Shown here one piece after another: positions 25,687 to 39,164 of a DNA stretch of 64,000 nt. This DNA comes from Mytilus edulis (Eukaryota). A program made the position numbers and the translations under genes. Location: assembly GCF_963676685.1 (NCBI RefSeq), contig NC_092349.1, positions 57,474,001-57,538,000 on the forward strand, given 5' to 3'. Below the pieces are notes generated by a model. It searched no databases. It had not been told where the DNA came from and worked only from the letters and a program-made list of their open reading frames with translations. The first letter of the stretch is position 1. Each line of letters opens with the position of its first letter.

Positions 25687-27724
25687 AAAATAAATATTCA
25701 ATGCTATATTCCCTCGCTTTGTGTTTCGATAGCACTTGCCTCTGCAAGTGGCGTCTCCCATGTAAGAGTTTGTGGTTGTTTGATAAATACTTTATGTTCG
25801 TTTGAGTTTACGAATTAGAATTTAAATGTATTTATCAAAGTTGTACAAAATCGAACATGTAAATTGTTGTTTGTTTATAGTTTACACGTGTTTGGTTAAT
25901 TATAGTAAGGTCGGTTCGATTGGGATATTAAGTTCATGCACGAGTGAACTCATGTGGTTTAAAGTCATTCGAGTCATTGCAGTCAAAGTGTACAGTAGCA
26001 TTTTGCAAAATAAATAATATTATTAATCATATTATTTATTTTCAGATTTGTTGTCAACAAGTATGGGGAAACCAGCCCAAGCTTCTTAATAGCTATATAT
26101 TTATATGAACTTTCAACAATATTATACTCATATTTAGAATAAAATGTGCGCTTGTCTCTGCAAGTGGCGTCTCCCATGTAAGAGTTTGTGGTTATTTGAT
26201 AAATACTTTATGTTCGTTTGAGTTAACGAATTATAATTTAATGATTAAAACACCCCTAACATAAGATAAAAATATTTCAAATTAGTCTCTACCTGAAGGT
26301 TTTGAATCGATAAAAGTTGTATGTTGTGTCGTTCATATTTAAGTATTTTCCTTTTGGTTTTGTCGCAATAATAAAATTTAATTCTTTCGCAATTTTCATT
26401 TCAGACATATTTGTTTTAATGGTATTATTGACTTATCTTTTCAATGTTAAAAGTTCTGGAAGATTTCAAAAATGTTAACATTGTATTTTTTACGAAAATT
26501 GTCAGATGTATACTACGGACAGTCATATCTTACCATGCACGTTTGAAGTATCATCTTTAATATTTTTTAATAATTGACTCATTATTTTTTTTTACACTAT
26601 GATTATATAACGTGATTGATGTCCATTTAAGTTTTGTTTTGTCAGTCGTTACATTTAAATAAGTATACTATGTTCTCTTTAATCATGTTAATACAACTTT
26701 ACTCTTTTAGTTTTACCTGATCATGCTGAAATTGACCTCATTTTACTTTTGTAATTACGATTCACAAACAGTCTGGCAATGGTGTTTTCGAACTTATTTA
26801 TTATACAATTTCTATGTATGTAATTTAAAAATAACTGCCAGTGACTTTTCAGTTAACGGGTTTCAAGATTACACAAACATATCGACAAAATCTAGAATGC
26901 AGATTACGGCTTTGTAAATGTGTTGTTTAAGCTTATAAATTCATTTACTATATTTTTAAAAGTTCAAGATACATTTTCAATTAGTTATTGGAATCTGCGG
27001 TTTGCTACTCGTTTGCATTTAATTTTTTCTTCTACAAATGAGTTTGTTGTTAAATATAAATTATGCCGAATGCTTAAAAATGATAATAATGATTAATAAA
27101 ATATAACAAGTAAGTATCACATATCACTTTTATCTTCTCTCAATGTAATCATGCAGATTTGATCGACCGCATGCAATACATATAATATTATAAACAGTTA
27201 AGTATCTATAATGTTGACATAAGGCAGTATTCACAGAAGAAATGCTTCCTTTAATTTTGCATGTTATGCGTCGAGTTAATATATAGTCGAGCGGTTGTAA
27301 TTCTCTATCCGCCACAGTAGTTCTGTCAAAAGAAAGATATGTTATACTCTTAATCATTCGTCGTAAAATCTTGAAGTCCTCTTATTTATGAGTTAATACC
27401 GATAAGCACACTATTAACATGATTAAAAATTGTTCTGTTAAAAGAAAGATAACTCATATGCTTTTTTATTCGTCGCCAGATCTTGAAGCCTTCTTAATTA
27501 TGAGTTATAGAATACTATTGGAAACAATGTTCAAAAATCGTTTAAGTTCGGACACAAGGTACTTGTACCATAATGTATATCCGGTTCCTTACTTTTAAAT
27601 TGAACATAAATATTGCAGAGATTGGTATATACAATTCGTTTGTAAGCAAAAATCTGAACAGTGAAGTAAAAAATAACCGAACGAAATCAAAAAGGCAATA
27701 TCCGCCTTTTTACCAAATTAGTAG

Positions 27725-27970
27725 TAAAATTATAAAAATACCGAACTCCAAGGGAAATTCAAATCGGAAAGTCCCTTAACAAATGGCAAAATCAAAAGCT
27801 CCAACACATCAAACGAATGGAAAACAACTGCCATATTCCTGACTTAATGCAGGTATTTCCTAATGTAGAAATTGTGGATGAAACCTGATTTAATAGCTAG
27901 CTAAACCTCTCACTTGTATGACAGTCGCATAAAATTCCATTACATTGACAACAACGTGTGAACAAAACAA
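27725..27970 (+). repeat. Dispersed short repeat family (MITE/SINE-like)
   Basis: aaatcaaaagct...aaacgaatgg...tagctagctaaacctctcacttgt. Further copies or fragments lie at about 13310, 28530 and 34265, and inverted at about 41690, 53000 and 58930. Confidence 0.7.
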
Positions 27971-29448
27971 TGTAGCTCTCTTATTCTGATCAATTGTAAT
28001 TAACACTATTATTAGAATCGTTCCATTCGCGATGACGCTCAATATTAATAGAGTGATTTCCCCCAAAAAACAGAAACAATTTATACAAGGATTTAGCTGA
28101 GATAAAATACTGTAAACTAATTGACCGGCAATTACATTTTTTTGAAAACACATAGAAGATGCAATCAGAAAGAGAAAGTTTTAAAAAGAATATATTGGTG
28201 AAAGATTGTAGTCTTTTCCTCGATATTAATACTCAAAGAAATATCGATATTGATGAAATCGATCCATTTTCAATACAAAAAAACAATTACTAGTTCAGTT
28301 GAAAATATGTAACAGCCATTTGTTTAACCTCACTTTCAAAACGAAGCTGGAATGTCCTGTATTATTTTCTTGATTTGTACTTTTCACATACAACAGGTCA
28401 GGAGGCTCTTGTTTATACTACAAAATGACACTTGAAACTTTTATGAATTGATGTGCGTCAGTCATGGGGTAATTGAAAAAGTAATTGTGTAATTTTACAA
28501 TGTAGTTGCTTATAATTAATGGCAATTTTTCAAGTAAAAAGTAAGATAACAAAAATAACAAACTCCAACGAAAATTCAAACCGGAAAGTCCCTTTTAAAA
28601 AGCGAAATCAAAAGCTAAAGCAAATGAAACGAATGCAAAATAACTGTTATACTTCTGAATTGGTACAAGCGTTTCCTTATGTAGAAAATGGTGGATTAAA
28701 CCTGGTTTTATAGCTAGCTAGACCTCTCACTTGTTTGATGTACAGTCTTACCTGTATTAAGCTGTCACTCATGGAATATATCAAAAGTGAACGCTCAAGA
28801 AAGTTGATGTTTTAAAAGAGGTTCTGGAAAAAAATCCGATTTGAAAATCGACAGTTGCAGGGACCGCGGCAAATTGGTTTATTGGATTCAATAGGCAGAT
28901 TTTTTATTCCTTATTGCAGCTAAATGAAATTAAATAAAACATGAAAAATGTGTTTGATGCATTATTAATTATTCCCACTTATAATGCTTGACGTTTCTTT
29001 GAAAATGATAGTTCAAACAGTCATTTCTTTTTTTTTTTTTACTGAATGCTGCAAACTTTAATACAAGATATAATTATTTTTATTAACTATCATTTATATA
29101 AGTACATTCCATTTGATAGTTTTTATCATATGTTCAAAATTCTTATATGTAGAGAGAACACGACTTTTTATCATCCAATGTTAAGCATTCTTATTAAAAG
29201 GGGAGGTAATTCAGTGATTTCTTGTTTTAGAATCTACTGATAATTTGTATATTTGCTATTGCAAGGTACTTCATTCGACAACCCCACTTTTATTTTTATA
29301 TTCCAGCAATATTTAATAAAAGCTAACTTTTGATACGTGAATTGTAAATTCTATCGTTTGGGTTTTCTTTCGTTTTAAACACAATTTTGTTACTGTGTAT
29401 GTTTTTTGTATAAAGAAATGTGCATCGTAAAAGTACAATACATATTCG

Positions 29449-32410
29449 TTTTTAGCTCACCTGGCCAAAAGGACTAAGTGAGCTTTTTTCATCACTTGGC
29501 GTCCGGCGTCCGGCGTTGTCGTCCGTCGTCGCTAACGTTTACACAAATCTTCTCCTCTGAAACTACTGGGCCAAATGTAACCAAATTTGGCTACAATCAT
29601 CATTGTGATATATAGTTAAAAATTTGTGTCCGGTTACCCGGACAACCAACCAGGATGGCCACCATGGCTAAAAATAGATCATAGGGGTAAAATGTAGATT
29701 TTGGCTTATATCTCTGAAACCAAAATATTTAGAGCAAATCTGACATTTGGTAAAATTGTTAATCAGGTTAAGATCTATCTGCCCTGAAATTTTCAGATGA
29801 TTCTGGCAACCCATTGTTGGGTTGCTGCCCCTGAATTGGTCATTTCAAGGAAATTTTGCCTTTTTTTTGGTTATTATCTTGAATATTATTATAGATAGAG
29901 ATAGACTGTAAATAGCAATAATGTGCAGCAAAGTAAGATCGACAAATAAGTGAAATGACCAATTAAAAATGGTCAGTTGACCCCTTAAGGAGTTATTGCC
30001 CTTTATAGTCAATTTTTAACAATTTTTCATACATTTTTGTAATCTTTTACACAAATCTGCTACTCTGAAACTCCTTAGACAAATTTTACCAAACTTGTCC
30101 ACAATCATCATTAGAGTATCAAGTTTTAAAAATGTGTGGGATGACCCTGCCTGCGAACCAAGATGGCCGACTTGGCTAAGCATAGTACATAGGGTTAAAT
30201 GCAGTTTTTGGCTCGTATTTCTAAAACCAAAGATTTAGAACAAATCTGACATGGTAAAATTGTTCATAAGGTCAAGATATATCTGCCCCGAAATTTTCAG
30301 ACCATTCAGGCAACCCGTTGTTGGGTTGCTGCCCCTGAATTGGTAATTTTAAGAAACTTTTGGTTATTATCTAGAATATTATTATAGATAGAGATAAACT
30401 GTAAACTGCAATAATGTACAGCAAAATAAGACCTACAAATAAGTCAACATGATCAAAATGGTCAATTGACCCCTTAAGGAGTTATTGAGAAATAGCCAAT
30501 TTTGAATAATGAAATGGATATTTTGAATAATGGAATGGACTGCTAGGACACTTCAGCCCCTAATTACAGATATACATTATACCTCAATCGAAAGTGTATC
30601 AAGAGAGGAACAAAAGGTATATAGTCAATATGCTCAGCAACGGATATTGCAGGAGTAACGAATGACTTAAATATCGAAATACGCGTGAACATTGAGATTT
30701 AGCCAATTTTGAATAATGAAATGAATATTTTGAATAATGGAATGGACTGCTAGGACCCTTCAGCCCCTAATTACAGATATATAGTATATCTCAATCGAAA
30801 GCTTATCAAAAAAGGAACAAAAAGTATATAGTCAGTCTGTTCCGCAACGAATATTAGAGGATTAACGAAGGACTTAAATATCGAAATACGCGTGAACATT
30901 GACAAATAGCCAATTTTGAATAATGAAAAGGATATTTTCAATAATGGAATGGACTGCTAGGACCCTTCAGCCCCTAATTACAGATATATATTAAACCTCA
31001 ATCGAAAGCTTATCAAGAAAGGAACAAAAGGTATATAGTCAGTATGTTCCGCAACGGATACTACATGATTAACGAAGAAATTAAATATAAAAAAACACGT
31101 GAACATTGAGAAATAGCCAATTTTGAATAATGAAATGGATATTTTGAATAATGGAATGCACTGCTAGGACCCTTCAGCCCCTTATTACAGATATATATTA
31201 TACCTAAATCGAAAGCGTATTAAGAGAGGAACAACATGTATATATAGTCAATATGTTCTGCAACGGATATTAGAGTAGAAACGAAGGACTTAAATATCGA
31301 AATACGCGAGAACATTGAGAAATAGCCACTTTGAATAATGAAATGGATATTTTGAATAATGGAATGGACTGCTAGGACCCGTAAGCCCCTAATTACAGAT
31401 ATATGTTATACCTCAATCGAAAGCTTATCAAGAGAGGAACAAAATATATATAGTCAGTATGTTCTGCAACGGATATTACAGGAGTAACGAAGGACTTAAA
31501 TATCGAAATACGCGTGAACATTGAGAAATAGCCAATTTCCAATAATGAAATGGATATTTTGAATAATGGAATGGACTGCTTCGACCCTTAAGCCCCTAAT
31601 TATAGATATACCTTATACCTAATTCAAAAGCAGATTAAGAGAGTAACAAAAAAATGATAGTCGATATGTTCCGCAACGGATATTAAAGGAGTAATGAAGG
31701 ACCGAAACATCGAAATACACGTGAACATTGAGAAATAGCCAATTTTTCATAAATTTTTGTTATCTTTTACAAAAATCTGCTACTCTGAAACTACTTAGAC
31801 AAATTTTACCAAACTTGTCCACAATCATCATTAGGGTATCAAGTTTAAAACACGTGTGGGATGACCCTGCCTGCGAACCAAGATGGCCGACTTGGCTAAG
31901 CATAGTACATAGTGTAAAATGCAGTTTTTCTAAAACCAAAGCATTTAGAACAAATCTGACATGATAAAATTGTTTATAAGGTCAAGATCTATCTGCCCCG
32001 AAATTTTCAGACCATTTAGGCAACCCGTTGTTGGGTTGCTGCCCCTGAATTGGTAATTTTAAGAAACTTTTGGTTATTATCTTGAATATTATTATAGATA
32101 GAGATAAACTGTAAACTGCAATAATGTACAGAAAGGTAAGACCTACAAATAAGTCAACATGATCAAAATGGTCAATTGACCCCTTAAGGAGTTATTGCCC
32201 TTTATAGTAAATATCTAACAATTTTCATAAAATATTTTCCACTGTAACTACTGGGCCAAGTTCATTATAGATAGAGATAATTGTAAGCAGCATAAACATC
32301 CAGTAAAGCAAGATCTACAAACACAATTTTGTAATGGATCCATCTGTGTCCTTTGTATAATATGCACATAGACCAAGGTGAGCGACACAGGCTCTTTAGA
32401 GCCTCTAGTT
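29449..32410 (+). mobile_element. Complete HINE/Helentron-like element with internal repeats and a nested satellite
   Basis: 5' tttagctcacctgg...gtgagct hairpin plus CGTC microsatellite. 3' gtgagcg followed by the palindrome aggctctttagagcct and ctagtt. Inserted in a T run. Confidence 0.8.
30484..31746. repeat. 207-bp satellite, six copies
   Basis: Unit starts at 30484, 30691, 30898, 31105, 31314, 31520 and 31727. Confidence 0.93.
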
Positions 32411-32580
32411 TATAGTTTTTTACACAACAGAAGAAATTAAGAATGAATATTAAGTAATTTCTGTTAACATATTAAAGACTAAGAAGAAGTGTTGGAAATT
32501 GCCATCTTACATGAGGATACTTCTATTTTAAATTTATGATTTGCATTATACAATTAAGAGTTCAGAACTGAAATGTCTTC

Positions 32581-32809
32581 ATTTATTTTTTCACTTAGTT
32601 TTACGGCTAGTGATGCTAGTGAAAAATTCGAAAGATGCTATATACCTCATTGCCTCATACACGTGTAGCTTTTAAAGGGATCTGAGTATAGATCGATGAT
32701 TTCCATTTCTTGCGATTGTGACGGCCATGTCTATTAAGAGTGAGGTATATAGCATCTTTCGATTTTTTCACTAGCATCACTAGCAGTAAAACTAAGTGAA
32801 AAAATAAAT
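32581..32809. repeat. Foldback: ~69-bp near-perfect inverted repeat with a ~90-bp spacer
   Basis: 32581-32649 is the reverse complement of 32741-32809 with few mismatches. Confidence 0.88.
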
Positions 32810-34592
32810 GATAAACATTAGACCAAAAACGAAATATTGCGATATTTGAATTATATTAGATAGCATTGTGAAAAATACTCCCGACTCGTTGCTTTCGCGG
32901 TAATTTCATGCTCTCGAAAAGATGTACCGAGCCTTGTTACTAATTCGTTGGTATTTAACCTAACATATGTTAAGAAAACATTATGAAATCAGTTGCCAAT
33001 TGGGTGACATACAACCTTCAGAACAAAACCCTTATATCGTCATAAATAGAATAGAATATTTTCTTTTATTCGTCTTTTAAATTGGCGATATCATGTTATT
33101 AAATTACAATTATATGTTACATAATTTTTAAACATGTAATGATTTAAACCTATGCAAATTTGCTTCTTAAGCTTGATTTAAAGAAATCAAGTGAAGTATT
33201 TAACTTTCAAATCACCTTATTAGCATGACAAACCTTATTTTTTTATGGATATAAATCAGTTGTTATCTATTATTATTCCATTTGTGTGATTTGCCCACAC
33301 GTTTAAGATGCCGTTTGTATGCTATATGCAATTTTAGCACATACAATGACCTACGTGTACAATAATATGGTTAGGTTCGTTTGTTATGAAGTGTACTGGT
33401 CCATGTTCTCTAAATCCCTCTTTTTTTATTTTGACTTTTGTTCTGCTTGAGCCAAAACAAAAAACAGCAGAAAACAAGTAAAGAATCTTTAGAGTCCTCT
33501 ATCATAACTTCTGAGAACTACATAAAAAGTAAAGCTGTTTATATAATACATATTATCACCATTATTTTTGATACTCGGATTTGATAGGACTAAAAAGCGT
33601 GCAACACTCATTTAGTTAGCAGAAGTTTATAACCAACAAATGGTATTAATAAAAAAAAGTTATGCAAATCAGGAGCCTGTAGTTCAGTGGTTGTCGTTGG
33701 TTCATGTCTGTTATAAATTAGGCCGTTAGTTTCTCAGTTGAAATGTATCATATTTTTCATGTCGGGGCCTTTTATAGCCAATTATATATATATAATTGCT
33801 GATATCCACTTTATTTGAACTTTGGTGGATAGTTGTCTCATTGGCAATCATATCTCATCTCCTTATTTGTATATTGATACTTTGAAACACAATGCATCGA
33901 ATCATTTTCAAATTGTATGCAATAGACATGATGCCATTCACTTTAAATTACAAAACTTAGGTGACAATGTTGATCGCATCTATCTCATCTAATGTAAAGG
34001 ATACTACATTTATGAGAAAGACTACTTCGTGTCTTGATTTACATTATACAGCAATAGTGAGACTTAGTTGAGAACTAAAATCTACTCCAAAAGGTTAGCA
34101 AAGTTAAACACAGTCGTCTTATTTTTGCTATACTTGCAAGTGGTAGATTTAACTCAGCGTATTTAAGAAGATGTTATACACAAATGAAATACCTGTAGCT
34201 TCTTACTGGATCTAATTATAGATCGATGATTTCAGTTTCTTGCGATTAAGACGTCTATTCCTAGGTAAAATGTAAAATAACAAAACAGATCTAACTCCAT
34301 TGAAAATTCAAAACAGAAAGTCCTTTATCAATTGGAAAATCAAAAGCTCAAAACCATCAAACGAATGGAAAACAATTGCAATATACTTGACTTGGTACAG
34401 ATATTTTCTTATGTAGAAAATGGTGCGACATTAATTGTGCATTAAGATATATATTTATACGGTATATCAGTCTACAATATTTATCTAGTGGTTATATGAA
34501 AAGTCAAGTACATTTGACATCTATAAATTTGAATGAAAATTATAAAAACATTCAATGTTTTCGTATAAACATTTTTATGTTATTAATATTTC

Positions 34593-35610
34593 ATATATGT
34601 AGAACTCTGAACCGCGATGGTACTCAGAACCGGAATGGTCACGCTGATGGTTTGACGTTGAATTGTTTTTGTGATCACGCTGAAGTGCTATCAGGCTATG
34701 GTGGCATTGAAACGCTGAAGTGCGACGGACTACATAAACTATATTATCAATGTTTTTCATGTAGATGCAGAAACGTCAATTTGTTAGATTAAAGCAGTTT
34801 TTTATGCCCCATTTATGGGCATTATGTTTTCTGGTCTGTGCGTTCGTTCGTCTTTCCGCTCGTTCGTCCATCTTCCGTTCGATCGTTCGTCCCGCTTCAG
34901 GTTTAAGTTTTGAGTAAAGTTGTTGGTCGATGTAGTTTTTGATGAAGTTGAAGTCCAATCAACTTGACACTTAGTATACATGTTCCTAATGATATGATTT
35001 TTCTAATTTTAATGCCAAATTAAGAGTGTTTATCCCATTTTCACGGTTCACTGAACATAGTAAACGTTAATATGGTTTTTAAGTTAATATGGGACTTATG
35101 AACTTTTAACCTACGGGAAACGATGAGTGATTGGTGGAGAGGGAAAGTTAACCTTTTACAGCGATTTCTTTTTAAATCAACAAAATGTTCTTTTTAGGAA
35201 CGATGAAGCTTGGCATTTTCTAAAAAATACGGATCCGAAAACGGACTCTCCGTATTATAATATTACATTAAAGAGATACTAATTAGAGAAACCAAATAAA
35301 GATAAAATATTAAGCAGAATTATGTTAACATGCACACAATCAAAGAGGACGATCTCTCATGTAGTATGCAACTGAATACGGCGACAATTAAGAATGCAAA
35401 TTTATCAACTTACAATTAAAACAATCTACTTCTCATAGGCCTAATAATTGATTTGTAACTAGCCATCATGCGTAATAAAGTCCATCGCACCACATGAGCG
35501 AACGGACCATCACACCTCAGCGTAGCCATCGCACTTCAGCGTGGCTTTCGGACTTCAGCGTGACCATCACACTATAGCGTCCCCATCGTATTTCTGAGTC
35601 CTACATATAT
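34593..35610. mobile_element. Non-autonomous TIR element with subterminal ~20-bp repeats and a nested HINE-like fragment (34797-35065)
   Basis: Ends are atatatgtagaactctgaa and ttctgagtcctacatatat. cgctgaagtg repeats on the left mirror cacttcagcg repeats on the right. Confidence 0.65.
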
Positions 35611-38600
35611 ACAAACTCTGGCAATAAATTTTACAAACTTTGGCCAAATAATAATTCGTAATCTATGTAACTTCGATTTCTTTTTTTATGATAAGAAAAC
35701 TTTATAAATAGTAACGGCCTTCAAAAACGTTATCGACATCTTGAACAAAGGAATATAGCACAAGAAAAAAAGAAACTTATTTATTGAAGGACGTTCAACA
35801 TTTGGTTTCACATTTGTTGATAATTAGAGCTAAAATGAACTGTAATAATAAAGGTATTAAACAAGGGATCGTTAACTTCCGGTTAAAAAAAAACCCAGGT
35901 TGTTGAAAGTCAAAATTCAAGTGTAGACGCTAAATACATATGCAATCTGTTTCTGTTGTGATAAGAATTCAATGTTTACTTGATTTATTTTGTAATTTAT
36001 CAAAGAAGTTGAACACTAGGCCTCTATGTTTAAGAATTATTTCGGATTTTTTTTTAATTCTAAGGAAAGATAGATTTTTATGGTAACAACAACCACTAAA
36101 TTGATACTAACGAATGTCATTTAAATACAAATGTTCAATTCTTTACAATTATGAATTTAAAGTGATATTAAGATTATTTTGTAAAATAATGTGAACAAAA
36201 CAACTGACCAGCTACCTCCAAGAAATATGTTACCCCGTTTAAAAATCAGGCTTTAGACATTTTTTGAAACTATCTACTCAAGTGGAGATATGAATCAGCT
36301 GTGGACGAGAAACATTTTTAATGTTCTGTTGGAGAACACGCAATCCCTCTCCAATAGTATAAAACATTTGATGTCGTTATCCTGCAAACACACAAGGATT
36401 CCTCATTTTAAACTTACACATAAGAAATAATCAAACATTAAAGCAGTCCCGGGCATATATAGTATATATCTCCCTATTGATAAGATATTACAGATCATGA
36501 TTTTCTTGCTGTGCATAGCAGTGGTGAGAAGTAAAAAGAATAAAATGTATTAATTTAATGTATTATCGAGTTTGATTACAATTGTATTCGAAGGCATAAG
36601 ACCATTTCATAATTTCTAAATTGACATAAAAAAATACACGCATCAACAGGGATAAAAACCATTTAGCGTTAACTCTTCAATGACGCGATGCAATTCTACT
36701 GCCCGACAATGGAAATTTTCTGCTTCAAATTATAACTTTAGAGTAAAAACCATTATTCCAGAAATTAGTCACTGCAAAAGACTCTACTAGAATATAATAC
36801 TATCATAACAGTGTTTTGAGTTTTCATCAAGTAATTATGGTAAAGCGGTTACATATGCAATGTTACTTGTTTCCCCTTTATTTCAAATATTCATTTAGAC
36901 GATTACTTAACCAATAATGTACAACATAAAATCGAACACCCTTAATTTTTTTCAAGTACAGTTGAAACCAATACTTAAAAGATACAACAGTAGTATTCCT
37001 CTGTTTAATAGTCAGAATTCGATTAAGCAAAATCAAATCCGGGTAACAAACTAAAACCGAAGGAAACACATCAACTAGAAGAGACAAAAACAACGGAAAA
37101 ACAGAAACACTGAACTACAACAAAATTTAAAAGATAAACTAACGAACAAAATTTTGCATACACTAATGATACCAACAGAATAAGATTACATATTATCTAC
37201 TCAAGCTTTTTTCGTATTGCATCATAAATCATTTTATTGCTGAATTTTCCAAAAAAAGAACGACAACCTCCACTTCACTCTGATCCTAGATCTATGTTTG
37301 ACTTTGGTCCATTGTGTTGTCCTCTTAACATGTATACAACTGTTAAAATTCTTGGGTTGTGAATACGTGCAAAAATTGTTGGTCAATTGCAAATTTATTA
37401 TAGAAATAAAGTGTTGGGGCAAACACCTCAACCTAAATTCAAAGTGAACGCCTTCGCATAGACTAAACTTTACATACAAATGTATTTATTATACCTTATT
37501 TTGAATTGTTGTAACTTCAGAAATAAATTGTCAGAGTGCAAAAAATACATCCTAACAAGCCGAAATAAACAACGCAAGTATGAAATTTGATATGGAGTTA
37601 TTTGTAATGATTTCAGACGATAGACGTACTTGATAATACATTTAGATCTGATTTACATGTTCACGAACTACCTACGGTGAAACTTAAAACGTACACAGGT
37701 GTGCAACCCTGGTATACAATAAAGAAATTCAATAAAATATTGCATTTGCAAAGTGCATGGTTAAGTTAAATACATTATTAAATTCATTTTTGTTAAGGGA
37801 AATTTCAGCCTTTGTTTCTTCTTTTGTTTTGTATTTCTAAGGAAACGACAGTCATCTGCGTGTCTGTTTTCTTAACAACAGTGGTTCGGCTAAGTGCATA
37901 CGATTAATAGTTAGAGATAAATCGACGAGGAGGCATTATTTATCTAAATCAAAGATATGTTAATTGCGTCAAAAGTACACTAATACAGCAAACTACATCA
38001 TGGTATCCGGGTTGGGTGACAAGACCTAAACAAAATTATGTAATTCAAAAGCCAGTCGTATAGATATTCAAAAAGACCAAGCATTTGTAATTCTCAACAA
38101 GATTTAAATAATTAATTGATATTAACAAAGAAAACTTCGTTATAAATAAAGGCAACAGTAGTATACCGCTGTTCGAAATTCATAAATCGATTGAGAAAAA
38201 AAAAAAACAAATCTGGGTTACACAATATTATGTATCCTTTACAAACATTCAGTGTAACCAAAACAATTAATGTTTCAAATCTGTATCTACCTGACGTATA
38301 AATGTACATACATGAAAATTTTTGATATTATCAAATAAAATTAGTGTATCACAAGGTTAATTTAACAAGCAAGCATACTTAAGAATAATATGTTATAAGT
38401 TCTCATGATTTCTTGAAAACATACCTGTTTATAAAATCATGATAATTATTTATAACACCATCATATTATTTGAAGGAGTCATTTTTTTCTTTTCGCGTTA
38501 ACATAAAACATTTCTTTTTTCTTTTTCTTTTTTTAAGTTAAACAATATAAAATATACGACATTAAAATAGTTACAATTAGGAATTAGTGTGGAAAATATT

Positions 38601-39164
38601 TAAACATATATTTCCCGCTGTTCAATATATATATTATGTCCGTATCACAAAGGAAAACGAAGTTTGGTTTGTATGATGATCGCATACGTCATATTCAATT
38701 TTATATGACAGATACATCTTGGTCTGTTTTCTTGACTTTCACATACCGCGAGAGAATAAAAAAGAACAAACCGTTCAGCCAACATATATGAATGTCGTTT
38801 TTTTTTAAGAACATTAAAACAATACTTATTTTAAATAAGTTTCAATTTCATTTGTAAGGGATGGCCGTCAAGACCATAATTCGCTTTTAATGAGATTTAT
38901 GTATTTCAACCTAACGTAATTGTTGTTTTGGACAGTGGATTGTCTGTCTGTGTTGTTTATGTTTTTTCGATTCATGTATTTTGAGAATGCGACATGAAGC
39001 ATATATAAATCAATCAATTAATTAATTTTGACCGCCTCTGTTGTATCTTCATACTATTTTTTTACGTAAGTGTACCACCATTGCATATATTCTAAAAGGT
39101 AAAATGATCGAAATTGTGTGAAATAAATGGTGTAACTTCATGACAAATATATTGTTGTCCCCGC

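Larger units (their letters stand above)
21918..26240 (+). mobile_element. Internally deleted tyrosine-recombinase retrotransposon (Ngaro/PAT-type split direct repeats)
   Basis: Repeat layout: A1 21918-22095, B1 25732-25825 abutting A2 25826-26004, B2 26148-26240. YR remnants precede B1. No target-site duplication is visible. Confidence 0.78.

Noticed and set aside
37797-37806. NF-kB-like site gggaaatttc upstream of the precursor gene
   Set aside because: Imperfect match, about 7 kb from the promoter, and not evidently conserved in the paralog region.
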